Origin: Candidatus Thalassarchaeaceae archaeon
GTDB lineage: Archaea; Thermoplasmatota; Poseidoniia; Poseidoniales; Thalassarchaeaceae
NCBI GenBank assembly: GCA_030754395.1
Contig: JASMAJ010000001.1
Coordinates: 1 to 35,947 of the forward strand
Direction: 5' to 3'
Length of the DNA: 35,947 nucleotides
Both the position numbers and the translations under genes were made by a program. Positions 8,293-16,829 of this stretch are shown here, piece after piece. How positions within the stretch are numbered: the first letter of the stretch is position 1; each line of letters begins with the position of its first letter. A model generated the notes under the pieces. That model saw only the letters and a program-made list of their open reading frames with translations, did not search any database and had not been told where the DNA came from.

Positions 8293-8370
8293 AGCGAGTT
8301 TGAGTAGCCAGGTTATCTCGTCGGGCTCATAACCCGGAGACCGGTGGTTCAAATCCACCACTCGCTACCA
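8293..8370 (+). tRNA. tRNA-Met (CAU), initiator-type, CCA encoded
   Basis: The cloverleaf was folded by hand. The acceptor stem is AGCGAGT/ACTCGCT with A1:U72. The anticodon loop is CTCATAA (CAT), closed by three consecutive G:C pairs (GGG/CCC), the initiator hallmark. The T arm is GGTGG-TTCAAAT-CCACC, with discriminator A and CCA. Confidence 0.9.
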
Positions 8371-8437
8371 TAATCCTCTAATCAATAAATAATCTAAATC
8401 GAAGAATATAGAATCACAATTAATACGAGAAAAATAC

Positions 8438-8503
8438 AAAGTGAAAGTGTAATAATAACACACTGCTCGCTTATAGACCGCCGATTTCACTTTCAATATA
8501 GAG
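8438..8503 (+). promoter_or_regulatory. Inverted repeat plus TATA-like element upstream of radA
   Basis: AAAGTGAAA (8438-8446) is the exact reverse complement of TTTCACTTT (8485-8493). The second arm abuts CAATATAGAG (8494-8503), an A/T-rich TATA-like element about 70 nt upstream of the radA ATG. Confidence 0.3.
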
Positions 8504-8569
8504 AAGGGGGTCAATCAGTTCTTCATATACCGAGAGGAAGTCAGATTAGGTGTAGGAAAGGCGAGATAG

Positions 8570-9577
8570 ATGGCCAAAAAGACAGCGAGTGAGAAAATGG
8601 AAGAAGACGACGGTTCGATAATGATTGATGTTGATGAACAACAAGCAACCATAGAGGACTTACCAGGTGTGGGACCTGCGACCGCAGAAAAATTACGAGA
8701 AGCAGGATTCGACGAATTACTTGCAATTGCAGTAATGAGCCCTACTGAATTAGGTGAACAAGCTGAACTTGGTGAGGCAGTATCCTCAAAGATAATTCAA
8801 GGAGCAAAGAAATTGGCAAACATTGGTGGATTCGTTTCTGGAAACACTCTACTTGAACGCCGAAGTGAGGTACAGAAACTCACTTCAGGTTCTGCAGCTC
8901 TTGACGAATTATTAGGTGGCGGATTCGAAACCCAAGCAATTGTCGAGGTTTATGGTGAATTTGGTAGTGGAAAAACTCAGATCGGCCATCAGTTAGCTGT
9001 AAACACATTACTCCCTCTTGAGCAGGGTGGATTTGATGGAGAGGTCTTCTACATAGATACAGAAGACACATTCCGTCCTGAAAGAATAGCACAAATGGCT
9101 GAAGGAGTTGGTCTAGATCCGATCCTGGTTCTTGACAGAATTCATGTTGCTCGTGCTTACAACTCTGCACACCAAATGCTACTAGTTGATGAGATTAAGA
9201 GGGCATCGAAAAATATTGATGTTAAATTGATAATTGTAGATTCGCTCACCAGTCATTTCCGTGCAGAGTATGTTGGAAGAGGTCAGTTAGCACCCCGTCA
9301 ACAAAAACTCAATCGTCACTTGAAGGAACTAAAGCAACTATCAGATGTTCATAATGCACTAGTTCTTGTTACAAATCAAGTGATGTCCAGACCCGATGCG
9401 TTGTGGGGGGATCCAACCAAGGCCATTGGAGGACATATTGTTGGTCATGCAAGTACATTCCGCCTCTATTTGAGGAAGTCAAAGGGAGGGCGAAGAATTG
9501 CTCGTCTAGTTGACAGCCCTAACCTTCCAGAAGGAGAGGCCGTGTTTACCGTGACTGCCGAGGGCCTCAAAGATTGA
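8570..9577 (+). CDS. radA: DNA repair and recombination protein RadA
   Basis: 335 aa. N-terminal HhH ([17 protein letters not shown]), Walker [10 protein letters not shown], Walker B LIIVDS, and an archaeal RadA-like C-terminal region ([16 protein letters not shown]). Confidence 0.97.
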   Translation: MAKKTASEKMEEDDGSIMIDVDEQQATIEDLPGVGPATAEKLREAGFDELLAIAVMSPTELGEQAELGEAVSSKIIQGAKKLANIGGFVSGNTLLERRSEVQKLTSGSAALDELLGGGFETQAIVEVYGEFGSGKTQIGHQLAVNTLLPLEQGGFDGEVFYIDTEDTFRPERIAQMAEGVGLDPILVLDRIHVARAYNSAHQMLLVDEIKRASKNIDVKLIIVDSLTSHFRAEYVGRGQLAPRQQKLNRHLKELKQLSDVHNALVLVTNQVMSRPDALWGDPTKAIGGHIVGHASTFRLYLRKSKGGRRIARLVDSPNLPEGEAVFTVTAEGLKD

Positions 9578-9588
9578 TTTGAGGCCCT
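9561..9588 (+). terminator. 11-bp perfect stem-loop spanning the radA stop codon
   Basis: AGGGCCTCAAA (9561-9571) is the exact reverse complement of TTTGAGGCCCT (9578-9588). The 6-nt loop gattga contains the TGA stop. A second weak hairpin, TGGAAA/TTTCCA (9611-9629), carries a T-run. The region is shared with the convergent gene ending at 9670. Confidence 0.45.
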
Positions 9589-9669
9589 TGGGGTCCGATT
9601 CGAGGTAACCTGGAAATATTATTTTTCCATATTTATCTCTAATATTCAGTTTAGATTATTGATTATTAT

Positions 9670-9897
9670 TCAAAATGACTCATCCCCCGGGCCTCCTGGA
9701 ATCTCCCGAGCTACCAAGAAGTAAAGTATAGAGCCAGTAATTACAGCAGCGAGTCCTTTCCACGCACCAAGTTCATCTGCAGGTGGAATGATTGTCGCTT
9801 CTTGCATCCAAGAAAGTACTGCAAACATAATTCCGAATGCAGATATAAATAGCCAAAAAGCAAGAATTCTCTCTCTATTTACTTGTTTTTTCATCAT
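9670..9897 (-). CDS. Small hypothetical membrane protein (75 aa, 2 TM)
   Basis: ATG start 6 nt after the pepF stop. Two hydrophobic helices are present (ILAFWLFISAFGIMFAVLSW; GLAAVITGSILYFLVA). Confidence 0.5.
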   Translation of the reverse strand: MMKKQVNRERILAFWLFISAFGIMFAVLSWMQEATIIPPADELGAWKGLAAVITGSILYFLVAREIPGGPGDESF

Positions 9898-9903
9898 TTC
9901 GCC

Positions 9904-11586
9904 TCAAATTGGAATAGTCTCAAGGGTGGTTTCAATTTCTCCGATTAGGTTTCTAACGTGCTCTTCACTGAAGGATAGTGACAGGTCGCTGGCCTTGAAT
10001 AAATCAGCAAGTCCCATTGTGTATCCTAGAGAAAGTCCAGACTTGTATTTTGTCAGAGCGGTAGCCGCATCATTTCGGTGATATTGCCACATCTGAAGCG
10101 CACCTAGTTGGGCTATTCCATAGTCAACATAGTAAAATGGGACTCCGAAGAGGTGGCCTTGTCTTTGCCATGATAATTTTCTATAATTTTCTAAGCCACT
10201 ATGGTCTAATTTTGCTCCAAATCTTTCTCCAAGTTGCAGCCACTTCTGTTCTCTTTCTTCACGGGAATGATTTGGATTTGCATAAATCCAATGTTGGAAG
10301 GCGTCTATTGTTGCACACCAAGGCATGAATGCGATGATATCTTCTAGATGGTTTCTTCTTGCTCTATTTGCATCTTCTTTCGAATAGAACTCATCCCATT
10401 GAGGGTGGGTTAGAAGTTCCATAGACATACTCGCAACCTCTGCAAATTCAATCGGAGAGTTTCGCTCATGAATTAGATCCAGATGGCCGCTGTAGAACGA
10501 GTGAAATGCATGTCCGGCCTCGTGAATCATTGTCTCAACATTTCGTTGTGTTCCTGCGGCGTTCATGAAAATAAATGGCATCCTACTCTTCTGTAGGTAA
10601 TACTGGTAACCACCTGGGGCCTTTCCAGGACGGCTATCTAAGTCTAAGCAATCATTCGCATCTAATTTATCAAAAAGAGTTCCTAATTCTTCAGACATTG
10701 AGTGGAACATTCTAGAGCAGCCATCGACTAAATCTTGTACACCAATGAATGGTTTTAGAGGTGTTCTTCCTTTCACATCCACTCCCATATCCCAAGGACG
10801 GAGTGCCTCAAGTTGGAGTTCTTGCATTCGTTCTACATCAGTCTTATGACGTAGTGGTTGACATACCACTTCGATAGAATTATGGAATTCTAGGCAATCT
10901 TCGATTGTGTAATCAAATCGATGCATTGCAGCGAACATATATTGCTGAAACCCATCGAATCCCGCATTGGTAGCTATCTGATGTCTTATCTGAATCATTT
11001 CATCAAAGATTTCTGATAATTTCTCAGAATCTTCGAATCTTCTTTGTGCAACGGCACGCCAAGCCGCCTCTCTAACAGAGCGATCTGTGTTTTCAAGATA
11101 TATTGCCATCTGAGGAATTGTCTTTTTTTCTCCATCAAATTCAATAATTTGAGCCCCGCAAATTTCATCATATTTTGTATCAAGTTTTGTAACCCTTGTC
11201 TGAAGAGGAATATTTTCTTCACGGAAAATTTCAATGTCAGTTTTGAGCCCTTTGATTAGAATATCATAACGCTCTGGTAATTCATCAACAGATGGGTGTT
11301 GAACTATTCTTTTGTTTAGAATGTCGCTATATTCAGACAACTTTGGTTGCACATTCTCAACAAAGTTCATCCATGCTTTCTGAATTTCCTCATTATCAGT
11401 GTGACAAGTCATATTGATGTAAAGTCGGGCTCTAGCTTCTGAGATAATTTCTGAAAGAGCAGAACGATCATGAATAAACGTCTCCAAACAACTTGAGCAA
11501 GAAAGTTTCCTATCCCTTAGGTCATTCATATAAGGTTCAATTTCTATCCACGAACTACCGTCTAAGTCGTCTGGCATGAATCCCAT
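9904..11586 (-). CDS. pepF: Oligoendopeptidase F-like M3B zinc metallopeptidase
   Basis: HEAGHAFH zinc motif and about 560 aa, with overall M3B-like pattern. The first ATG is at 11586; the track start at 11589 is TTG. Confidence 0.88.
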   Translation of the reverse strand: MGFMPDDLDGSSWIEIEPYMNDLRDRKLSCSSCLETFIHDRSALSEIISEARARLYINMTCHTDNEEIQKAWMNFVENVQPKLSEYSDILNKRIVQHPSVDELPERYDILIKGLKTDIEIFREENIPLQTRVTKLDTKYDEICGAQIIEFDGEKKTIPQMAIYLENTDRSVREAAWRAVAQRRFEDSEKLSEIFDEMIQIRHQIATNAGFDGFQQYMFAAMHRFDYTIEDCLEFHNSIEVVCQPLRHKTDVERMQELQLEALRPWDMGVDVKGRTPLKPFIGVQDLVDGCSRMFHSMSEELGTLFDKLDANDCLDLDSRPGKAPGGYQYYLQKSRMPFIFMNAAGTQRNVETMIHEAGHAFHSFYSGHLDLIHERNSPIEFAEVASMSMELLTHPQWDEFYSKEDANRARRNHLEDIIAFMPWCATIDAFQHWIYANPNHSREEREQKWLQLGERFGAKLDHSGLENYRKLSWQRQGHLFGVPFYYVDYGIAQLGALQMWQYHRNDAATALTKYKSGLSLGYTMGLADLFKASDLSLSFSEEHVRNLIGEIETTLETIPI

Positions 11587-11631
11587 CAAATCCCCTGCTT
11601 CAGTTATTGGTAGAGTTACTCGTCTATCAGT

Positions 11632-11650
11632 TTGACCCCACAGGGGTCAA
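11632..11650 (-). terminator. Perfect 8-bp hairpin overlapping the Cgi121-like stop codon
   Basis: TTGACCCC (11632-11639), loop aca, GGGGTCAA (11643-11650). The stop codon (tca on the + strand, 11647-11649) lies inside the stem. Confidence 0.3.
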
Positions 11651-12222
11651 CCATGCATATCAGCCATTGCGGCATGATTAAGGAAGGCATTCTCTATGTG
11701 CTCAAATGAAATTTCATCTCCATTATTCCTTACACCAATTCTAACTAATCCCTCATTACTCGGTCTTGGTCTTTGTACAACCAATGAAGCCTTCAGATGT
11801 AGTTGTAATCTTTCGAATTCTTTGGTATTATCATTGAAAATCTCTCTAGGAATCTCAATGTTTGCGAAACCATCTCCAATTTCTAGTTCAGGAATATGAA
11901 CAATCCAAGCTTTCTCATCCCCACTAGTCAATCCCGCTCGTTCAAATGCCGTTCTAATTTGATGAGTGCCCGATAAAATACGCAAGAATTCAGTATCTGG
12001 TGCTCTAGAAGTCATACTCTCTGAAATTTCTCTACGTCTTAGTGCATGCCAAACAGTCCACAAGTGAACTTCGCTCGCAGCGACATCAAAAGCCATCAGA
12101 AGCCAGCGTTCATTCGGTCTCCATTCATTGAATAGAGCAACTACCTTCATTGGGTCATCTATTGGCTCTCGAAACCTGATACCCCAGGCGGGGAACCACG
12201 GTACCCGATGTGATTTCTCCAC
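11647..12222 (-). CDS. cgi121: Cgi121-like KEOPS complex subunit (tentative)
   Basis: The pattern LLMAFDVAASEVHLWTVWHALRR ... EFLRILSGTHQIRTAFERAGL resembles the conserved core of archaeal Cgi121 (compare M. jannaschii ...ILVRASGQRQIHEAIKIIGA, from memory). GTG start. It sits 39 nt downstream of hel308. Confidence 0.5.
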   Translation of the reverse strand: MEKSHRVPWFPAWGIRFREPIDDPMKVVALFNEWRPNERWLLMAFDVAASEVHLWTVWHALRRREISESMTSRAPDTEFLRILSGTHQIRTAFERAGLTSGDEKAWIVHIPELEIGDGFANIEIPREIFNDNTKEFERLQLHLKASLVVQRPRPSNEGLVRIGVRNNGDEISFEHIENAFLNHAAMADMHG

Positions 12223-12261
12223 GTCCGGCGAAGGCTTCTGACTGATGAATTATGCCGCTCA

Positions 12262-14814
12262 TTACCTTCTTCGAGAAATTCTAGTAGCTTCAGTAACAAT
12301 ATTGCCCACAAGTGTTGGACTCCAGCCACGAATATCTGCTAACTTAGAACGATCTTTTTCAGTTAGAGAAGCAACATCTAGAGCCGTTTCAACACCTAGT
12401 AGATTCACCATTTCTCTTGCTCTAGTTCTACCCACACCTCTAATTGTCACTAATCCTAGTAGTTCTGATCTACATCCATATCTTACGCGGCGATGTAGTT
12501 CACTAATCGCATCAACCAAATTTCGATGACCTTCTGGATCAAGATAACGCTGTTCTTCATCTTCCGAGAGAATTTCACGCATTGCAAACAGTAACCATTC
12601 TGCCAGATCAACTCTACTTCGCAAATCACCGGGTTGTACATTCCAGCGATTCTCAAGGTCATCCATCTTTGTCTCTTCAATCCATTCTTGGAGTACTAAT
12701 ACACCCTTCATCCTTCTTTCCTGGTCCGAGTCAACAGGTTCAGCAAGGAATTCTCTTTCATGATTGTGAATTGCAGAATTAATTAGGTCCCATTCTTCTT
12801 TCCGAGGCCACAATGCTATGAAATCAGGTGTACAGGCCGCTAGGTGAAGAAGACCTAGAGGAGAGATCTGATGAATGTCGTCGACTCCTCTCATTACATT
12901 CATAGCTACTTTCAATCCATCTTGGATTATTCTTCCTGAGATTGGATTGAGGTACAATCTTGCAACTCGCTGTCCGAGCGCAGTAGCCTCATAGGTCATC
13001 GCTGCTGAATCTGGTAGAGATTCCTCACGTTCAGTTTGCAGACTTGCCTTTCTAAATCCGAAGATAGCAGGCCCTTTACGAGGGGCGAGTGTTGTTGAGG
13101 AGATTTCTTTTTTCTCTGTGATCTCAAGTCCGGGTATTGAACTACTAGTTTTTGCCCAAGTAGGCATTTCATCTTGCCAATTCTCCTCCTCTCTCGGAGA
13201 TTTATTTTGCCGATTTTTTATTCGGTCTAGAACCTCCTTAGATTCCCCCATTCTAGTTATCATTTCATTTATTGTTAACCAACTGACTACGTCATCTATT
13301 CTAGATTCTAGCATATCACTCTCAATTTGTGTGGCGAGAAATGTTTCTCCAAAGAACCTACTCAGTGCATCTCTATCTCTAATTCCACTCGTAGCAATAA
13401 TTGACAATATATGAGTCAGAAGAGCGGGATCTTCTTCGGGTCTCAGAGCAGAAGGATTAGCAAGTTTAGAAGTGACTTCCTCGGCATCACTCAAAAGATA
13501 TCTATCTACTAGATTCAGTTCCTCATCGTTATCCTTTGCAATAATCCAAGCGTCGCCAGCATTGTCGTATTTTGGTCGTCCTGCTCTGCCCAACATTTGC
13601 CTTATTTCCATCACTGGAACGGGCATTGATCCTCCTGCCACACTACTCCATCTTCGATAATCTCTGACAATCACTCTCCGTGCGGGTAAGTTGACACCTT
13701 GTGCAAGAGTCGGTGTAGCAACAATAGCTAGCAATGTACCGTTTCTGAATGAATCTTCGATAGTTTTCCGCTGTGCATAAGTCAATCCGGCGTGATGGAA
13801 GGCAATACCTCCTTTTACTGAATTTGCCAATGCTCTTCCCATAGCCGACATGTTTTCTCTTTGAGTCAAGTTTTGGGCAATAGAATCCCATTCTTCTGCC
13901 ATTTTATTGCTATATCTCGAAGAATTTTGCTTGACTCCTTTGTCAACATGTTTAGCCAATTCTCGGGCTTCTTTTTGAGCCGATGCACGGGAGTTAACAA
14001 AGATTAGAATTTGCCCTCCGGAATCTACAGTATCATCAAGAACGGCCTGAAGTTTACGAGTTTTCTTACCTTCTATGGTTCTAGGTTCTGGCCACTCACT
14101 ATCTTCAGGTCCGTCAATACGGTGAACTTTGACATCTAAACCAGTTAGTGTGCCTGAGTGAAGTTGAATTGGTCGCCATTCGGATTCTATCAGTTTAGCA
14201 TCCAACCATTCTGCCATTTGAGCACCATTGCCTACAGTTGCCGATAGAGCAATAATCTGGGCTTCAGGCCTTGAATGTCTGATTCTCGACAGTAGAACCT
14301 CAAGAGTAGGCCCTCTGCCTATATCATGCAATAGATGGAATTCATCTGATACAACAACTCCAATTTTTTCCATCAAATTACTTCTTGTTCTCAATAAAGA
14401 ATCTAATTTTTCGCTCGTACAGACTAATATATCGGCCTCTTCAATTTTATCAGTCTCGCCTCCTCTATCACCTATTGCGATTCCAACAGTTAGCCCCACC
14501 AATCCGGCTAATTCGCGTAACTCCTCGACTTTTTCCGATGCTAGAGCCTTGAGTGGTACAATGTACAAACCTCTACATCCTTCAAGATCAGTAAGTAGCC
14601 TCTGAATCATGGTCAAATGAGCAACCAGTGATTTACCGCTAGCAGTAGGAATTGTTAGCATCAAATTTCTTCCAGATAGAGAATAGGGAAGAGCCTCTTG
14701 CTGGGGTGGAAACAACTCCTCTATATCCCATTCCGATTTTAAAAAATGAATCAACCGCGAATCTAATTCGATGTCTGCGAGAGACACCGGAGCAAGGTCT
14801 TCACCAGCGGCCAC
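12262..14814 (-). CDS. hel308: Hel308/Ski2-type DNA helicase (850 aa, with a lineage-specific insertion)
   Basis: Walker A PTASGKS, DEFH box, SAT, HHAGL, motif VI QMLGRAGRP, and C-terminal HhH-like RGVGRTRAREM. GTG start. Confidence 0.9.
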   Translation of the reverse strand: MAAGEDLAPVSLADIELDSRLIHFLKSEWDIEELFPPQQEALPYSLSGRNLMLTIPTASGKSLVAHLTMIQRLLTDLEGCRGLYIVPLKALASEKVEELRELAGLVGLTVGIAIGDRGGETDKIEEADILVCTSEKLDSLLRTRSNLMEKIGVVVSDEFHLLHDIGRGPTLEVLLSRIRHSRPEAQIIALSATVGNGAQMAEWLDAKLIESEWRPIQLHSGTLTGLDVKVHRIDGPEDSEWPEPRTIEGKKTRKLQAVLDDTVDSGGQILIFVNSRASAQKEARELAKHVDKGVKQNSSRYSNKMAEEWDSIAQNLTQRENMSAMGRALANSVKGGIAFHHAGLTYAQRKTIEDSFRNGTLLAIVATPTLAQGVNLPARRVIVRDYRRWSSVAGGSMPVPVMEIRQMLGRAGRPKYDNAGDAWIIAKDNDEELNLVDRYLLSDAEEVTSKLANPSALRPEEDPALLTHILSIIATSGIRDRDALSRFFGETFLATQIESDMLESRIDDVVSWLTINEMITRMGESKEVLDRIKNRQNKSPREEENWQDEMPTWAKTSSSIPGLEITEKKEISSTTLAPRKGPAIFGFRKASLQTEREESLPDSAAMTYEATALGQRVARLYLNPISGRIIQDGLKVAMNVMRGVDDIHQISPLGLLHLAACTPDFIALWPRKEEWDLINSAIHNHEREFLAEPVDSDQERRMKGVLVLQEWIEETKMDDLENRWNVQPGDLRSRVDLAEWLLFAMREILSEDEEQRYLDPEGHRNLVDAISELHRRVRYGCRSELLGLVTIRGVGRTRAREMVNLLGVETALDVASLTEKDRSKLADIRGWSPTLVGNIVTEATRISRRR

Positions 14815-14901
14815 GACTAAACTCAGAATCCGCCGTTCTAAAGGATGTCTAGGGCTTAATGAGAAAACTAAAACTGATTAAATGGGGTTTGAGTATTGAA
14901 T

Positions 14902-15381
14902 TCAATTCCAGCGGTGAAATGCAGGATGACCTTCAGTAACTGCTACGAAAAGCCCATCACCAGTAGCACAAATCTTGTCTTCGGCCATCAATGTCATCTT
15001 GACAGTCGCTCTGTCTTCTTTGAGTTCTGTTACTTCTCCAGTGACAATTAGTTCCTGACCAAAGGGGGTAGGTCGACGGAGTTTGACATTGTAGTTCGCG
15101 GTTACGGTACAGGGTGGCTGCGAATCTCCAGCAGCATCCATGAGAGCAATTGCCGCTGTCCAATTTCCGTGACAATCCATTAGTGCACCAATTATTCCAC
15201 CATTGATCATTCCAGGAAATGCTTGATGTTCTAAGGTGGGTGTAAATCGCATTTTTAATCCACTTTCAGACCTTAGTGAACGAATTCTCAATCCATTCTT
15301 ATTAGCAGGTCCACAACCGAAACAGATACTGTTTGGTGCATATGTCTCTTGCACAGAAGGTGTCTCATCAGTACACATCAT
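14902..15381 (-). CDS. Hotdog-fold (PaaI-like) thioesterase
   Basis: CFGCGPANKNGL motif followed by a hotdog-core pattern (MINGGIIGALMDCHG). ATG at 15381; the track start at 15438 is TTG and would overlap the divergent gene. Confidence 0.75.
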   Translation of the reverse strand: MMCTDETPSVQETYAPNSICFGCGPANKNGLRIRSLRSESGLKMRFTPTLEHQAFPGMINGGIIGALMDCHGNWTAAIALMDAAGDSQPPCTVTANYNVKLRRPTPFGQELIVTGEVTELKEDRATVKMTLMAEDKICATGDGLFVAVTEGHPAFHRWN

Positions 15382-15467
15382 TGACTCCCCATGAGTATCC
15401 CCATTCAACAATTTCGACAGGTATTCTTTGCCTAACAATCATATTTCGCCCACTCTCCACAAGGTCA

Positions 15468-16829
15468 TTGGCGGCATCTTCTGACGACCCTAGCCCTACT
15501 GATGGAGAGGGAGATAAGATTCCTGTATCTAGGGTGAAACGGCGTAGGCATCGTCCTCTTAAGGTGGCTAATCAAATCCCTCAACGCCGCCGTAAGGAGA
15601 TTGAAAAGGCTCTAGAGGAACCCGGTTCTACTCCAAAGAAATGGTCTAGGTCAAGTGATTGGAAATCTCATCGTATTGGTCGTAAACTTGTGAAACCAGG
15701 GACAATTCGTCAAATTGAATTTGATTTAATGGATATTGAAATTGGTGAATCGTGGCCAATTCCAATTACTGTAGTTCATGGAACTCGTCCTGGGCCGATA
15801 GTTACAATCATAGGTGCAATTCATGGAAATGAGCTTATTGGCCCTCTCGCTCTTACATATTTACAATCAGCAAATATCATGGGAGAGGGTATGGCAATAG
15901 ATCCATCTTCAGTAGCAGGAACAATCCGCATAATCCCTATTGTCAACATGCCTGGATACCGTCGATCTACACGATATATGAGTGATGGAAGAGATTTGAA
16001 TCGCTTTTTCCCTGGGAAGGAAAATAGTAACACTACTTCGAGAGTTGCTCACAGATTATGGAGTGAATTATTTTCTACAAGTGATCATATCATCGATTTG
16101 CATACCGCAGCACTCGGCCGAACAAATATGCCTCAGGTAAGAGCTAACCTTGCAAATCGACTAAGTAATCGTTCTGCACGTGCTTTTGGTATCGAATTGA
16201 TTCTAGACAGTGAAGGTCCGAAGGGCTCTTTACGTCGTATTTCTGATGAATCAGGAATAAGTTGCATAACTTATGAGGGAGGTGGTTCTGACGAATCAGA
16301 TCCTGAATCAATTCAAGTTGCATTATATGGGATTCTCAATGTTTTAAGGGGTCTAAAGATGATTCCTGGATATCCAAGCAGACCGCGATTTCGTCTTCTT
16401 GCTTCAGGTTCCGTATGGATACGTTCTGATTATGGAGGCTTACTCGATGTATTAGCTCCAGCCGGCTCTTTTGTTGAGGAGGGAGAGGTTGTAGCTACTG
16501 TTTCAGATCCGGAAAATCCAGGTCAGATGATGGATGTTAAGTCACCAACTCAAGGTCTAATGATTTGTTCTGCAACTCACCCATTCGTCACCACGGGCAC
16601 TCCTATTGGACATTTGATTCCAATCACTAAGGCTGTGAAAACCGTCCAACGACGGCTTGACGAGGAAGGGCTTCTAGTTCTTTCAGGAACAGATGGCGAA
16701 CCACCATGGAGAGAAGATGAAGAGATTGAAGACATCTCCGTTGAAGGGGTATGGGAAGGTGGATCTCCTGATGCTGAATGGGGAGATAACTTGCGAGCAG
16801 CAGCCGAAGAAGAAGCAGATGAAGCGTGA
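15468..16829 (+). CDS. Succinylglutamate desuccinylase/aspartoacylase (AstE/AspA) family Zn hydrolase (M14 fold) with an Arg-rich N-terminal extension; start uncertain
   Basis: IGAIHGNELIG (metal-binding H-x-x-E), DLNRFFPG and IIDLH motifs, plus a C-terminal barrel (GGLLDVLAPAGSFVEEGEVVATV). In-frame start candidates are TTG 15333, ATG 15342, TTG 15468, GTG 15534 and GTG 15564. There is no ATG between 15342 and the catalytic core. Confidence 0.8.
   Translation: MAASSDDPSPTDGEGDKIPVSRVKRRRHRPLKVANQIPQRRRKEIEKALEEPGSTPKKWSRSSDWKSHRIGRKLVKPGTIRQIEFDLMDIEIGESWPIPITVVHGTRPGPIVTIIGAIHGNELIGPLALTYLQSANIMGEGMAIDPSSVAGTIRIIPIVNMPGYRRSTRYMSDGRDLNRFFPGKENSNTTSRVAHRLWSELFSTSDHIIDLHTAALGRTNMPQVRANLANRLSNRSARAFGIELILDSEGPKGSLRRISDESGISCITYEGGGSDESDPESIQVALYGILNVLRGLKMIPGYPSRPRFRLLASGSVWIRSDYGGLLDVLAPAGSFVEEGEVVATVSDPENPGQMMDVKSPTQGLMICSATHPFVTTGTPIGHLIPITKAVKTVQRRLDEEGLLVLSGTDGEPPWREDEEIEDISVEGVWEGGSPDAEWGDNLRAAAEEEADEA

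Noticed and set aside
8094-8294. 66-aa ORF running into the tRNA-Met gene.
   Set aside because: It overlaps the pyrC 5' end and the tRNA promoter and tRNA start, and has no protein-like features.
14858-14877. AATGAGA ... CTGA spacing reminiscent of C and D' boxes of a C/D box sRNA in the hel308-thioesterase spacer.
   Set aside because: The C box is imperfect (AUGAGA, not UGAUGA). No second C'/D pair or terminal stem follows at the proper spacing.
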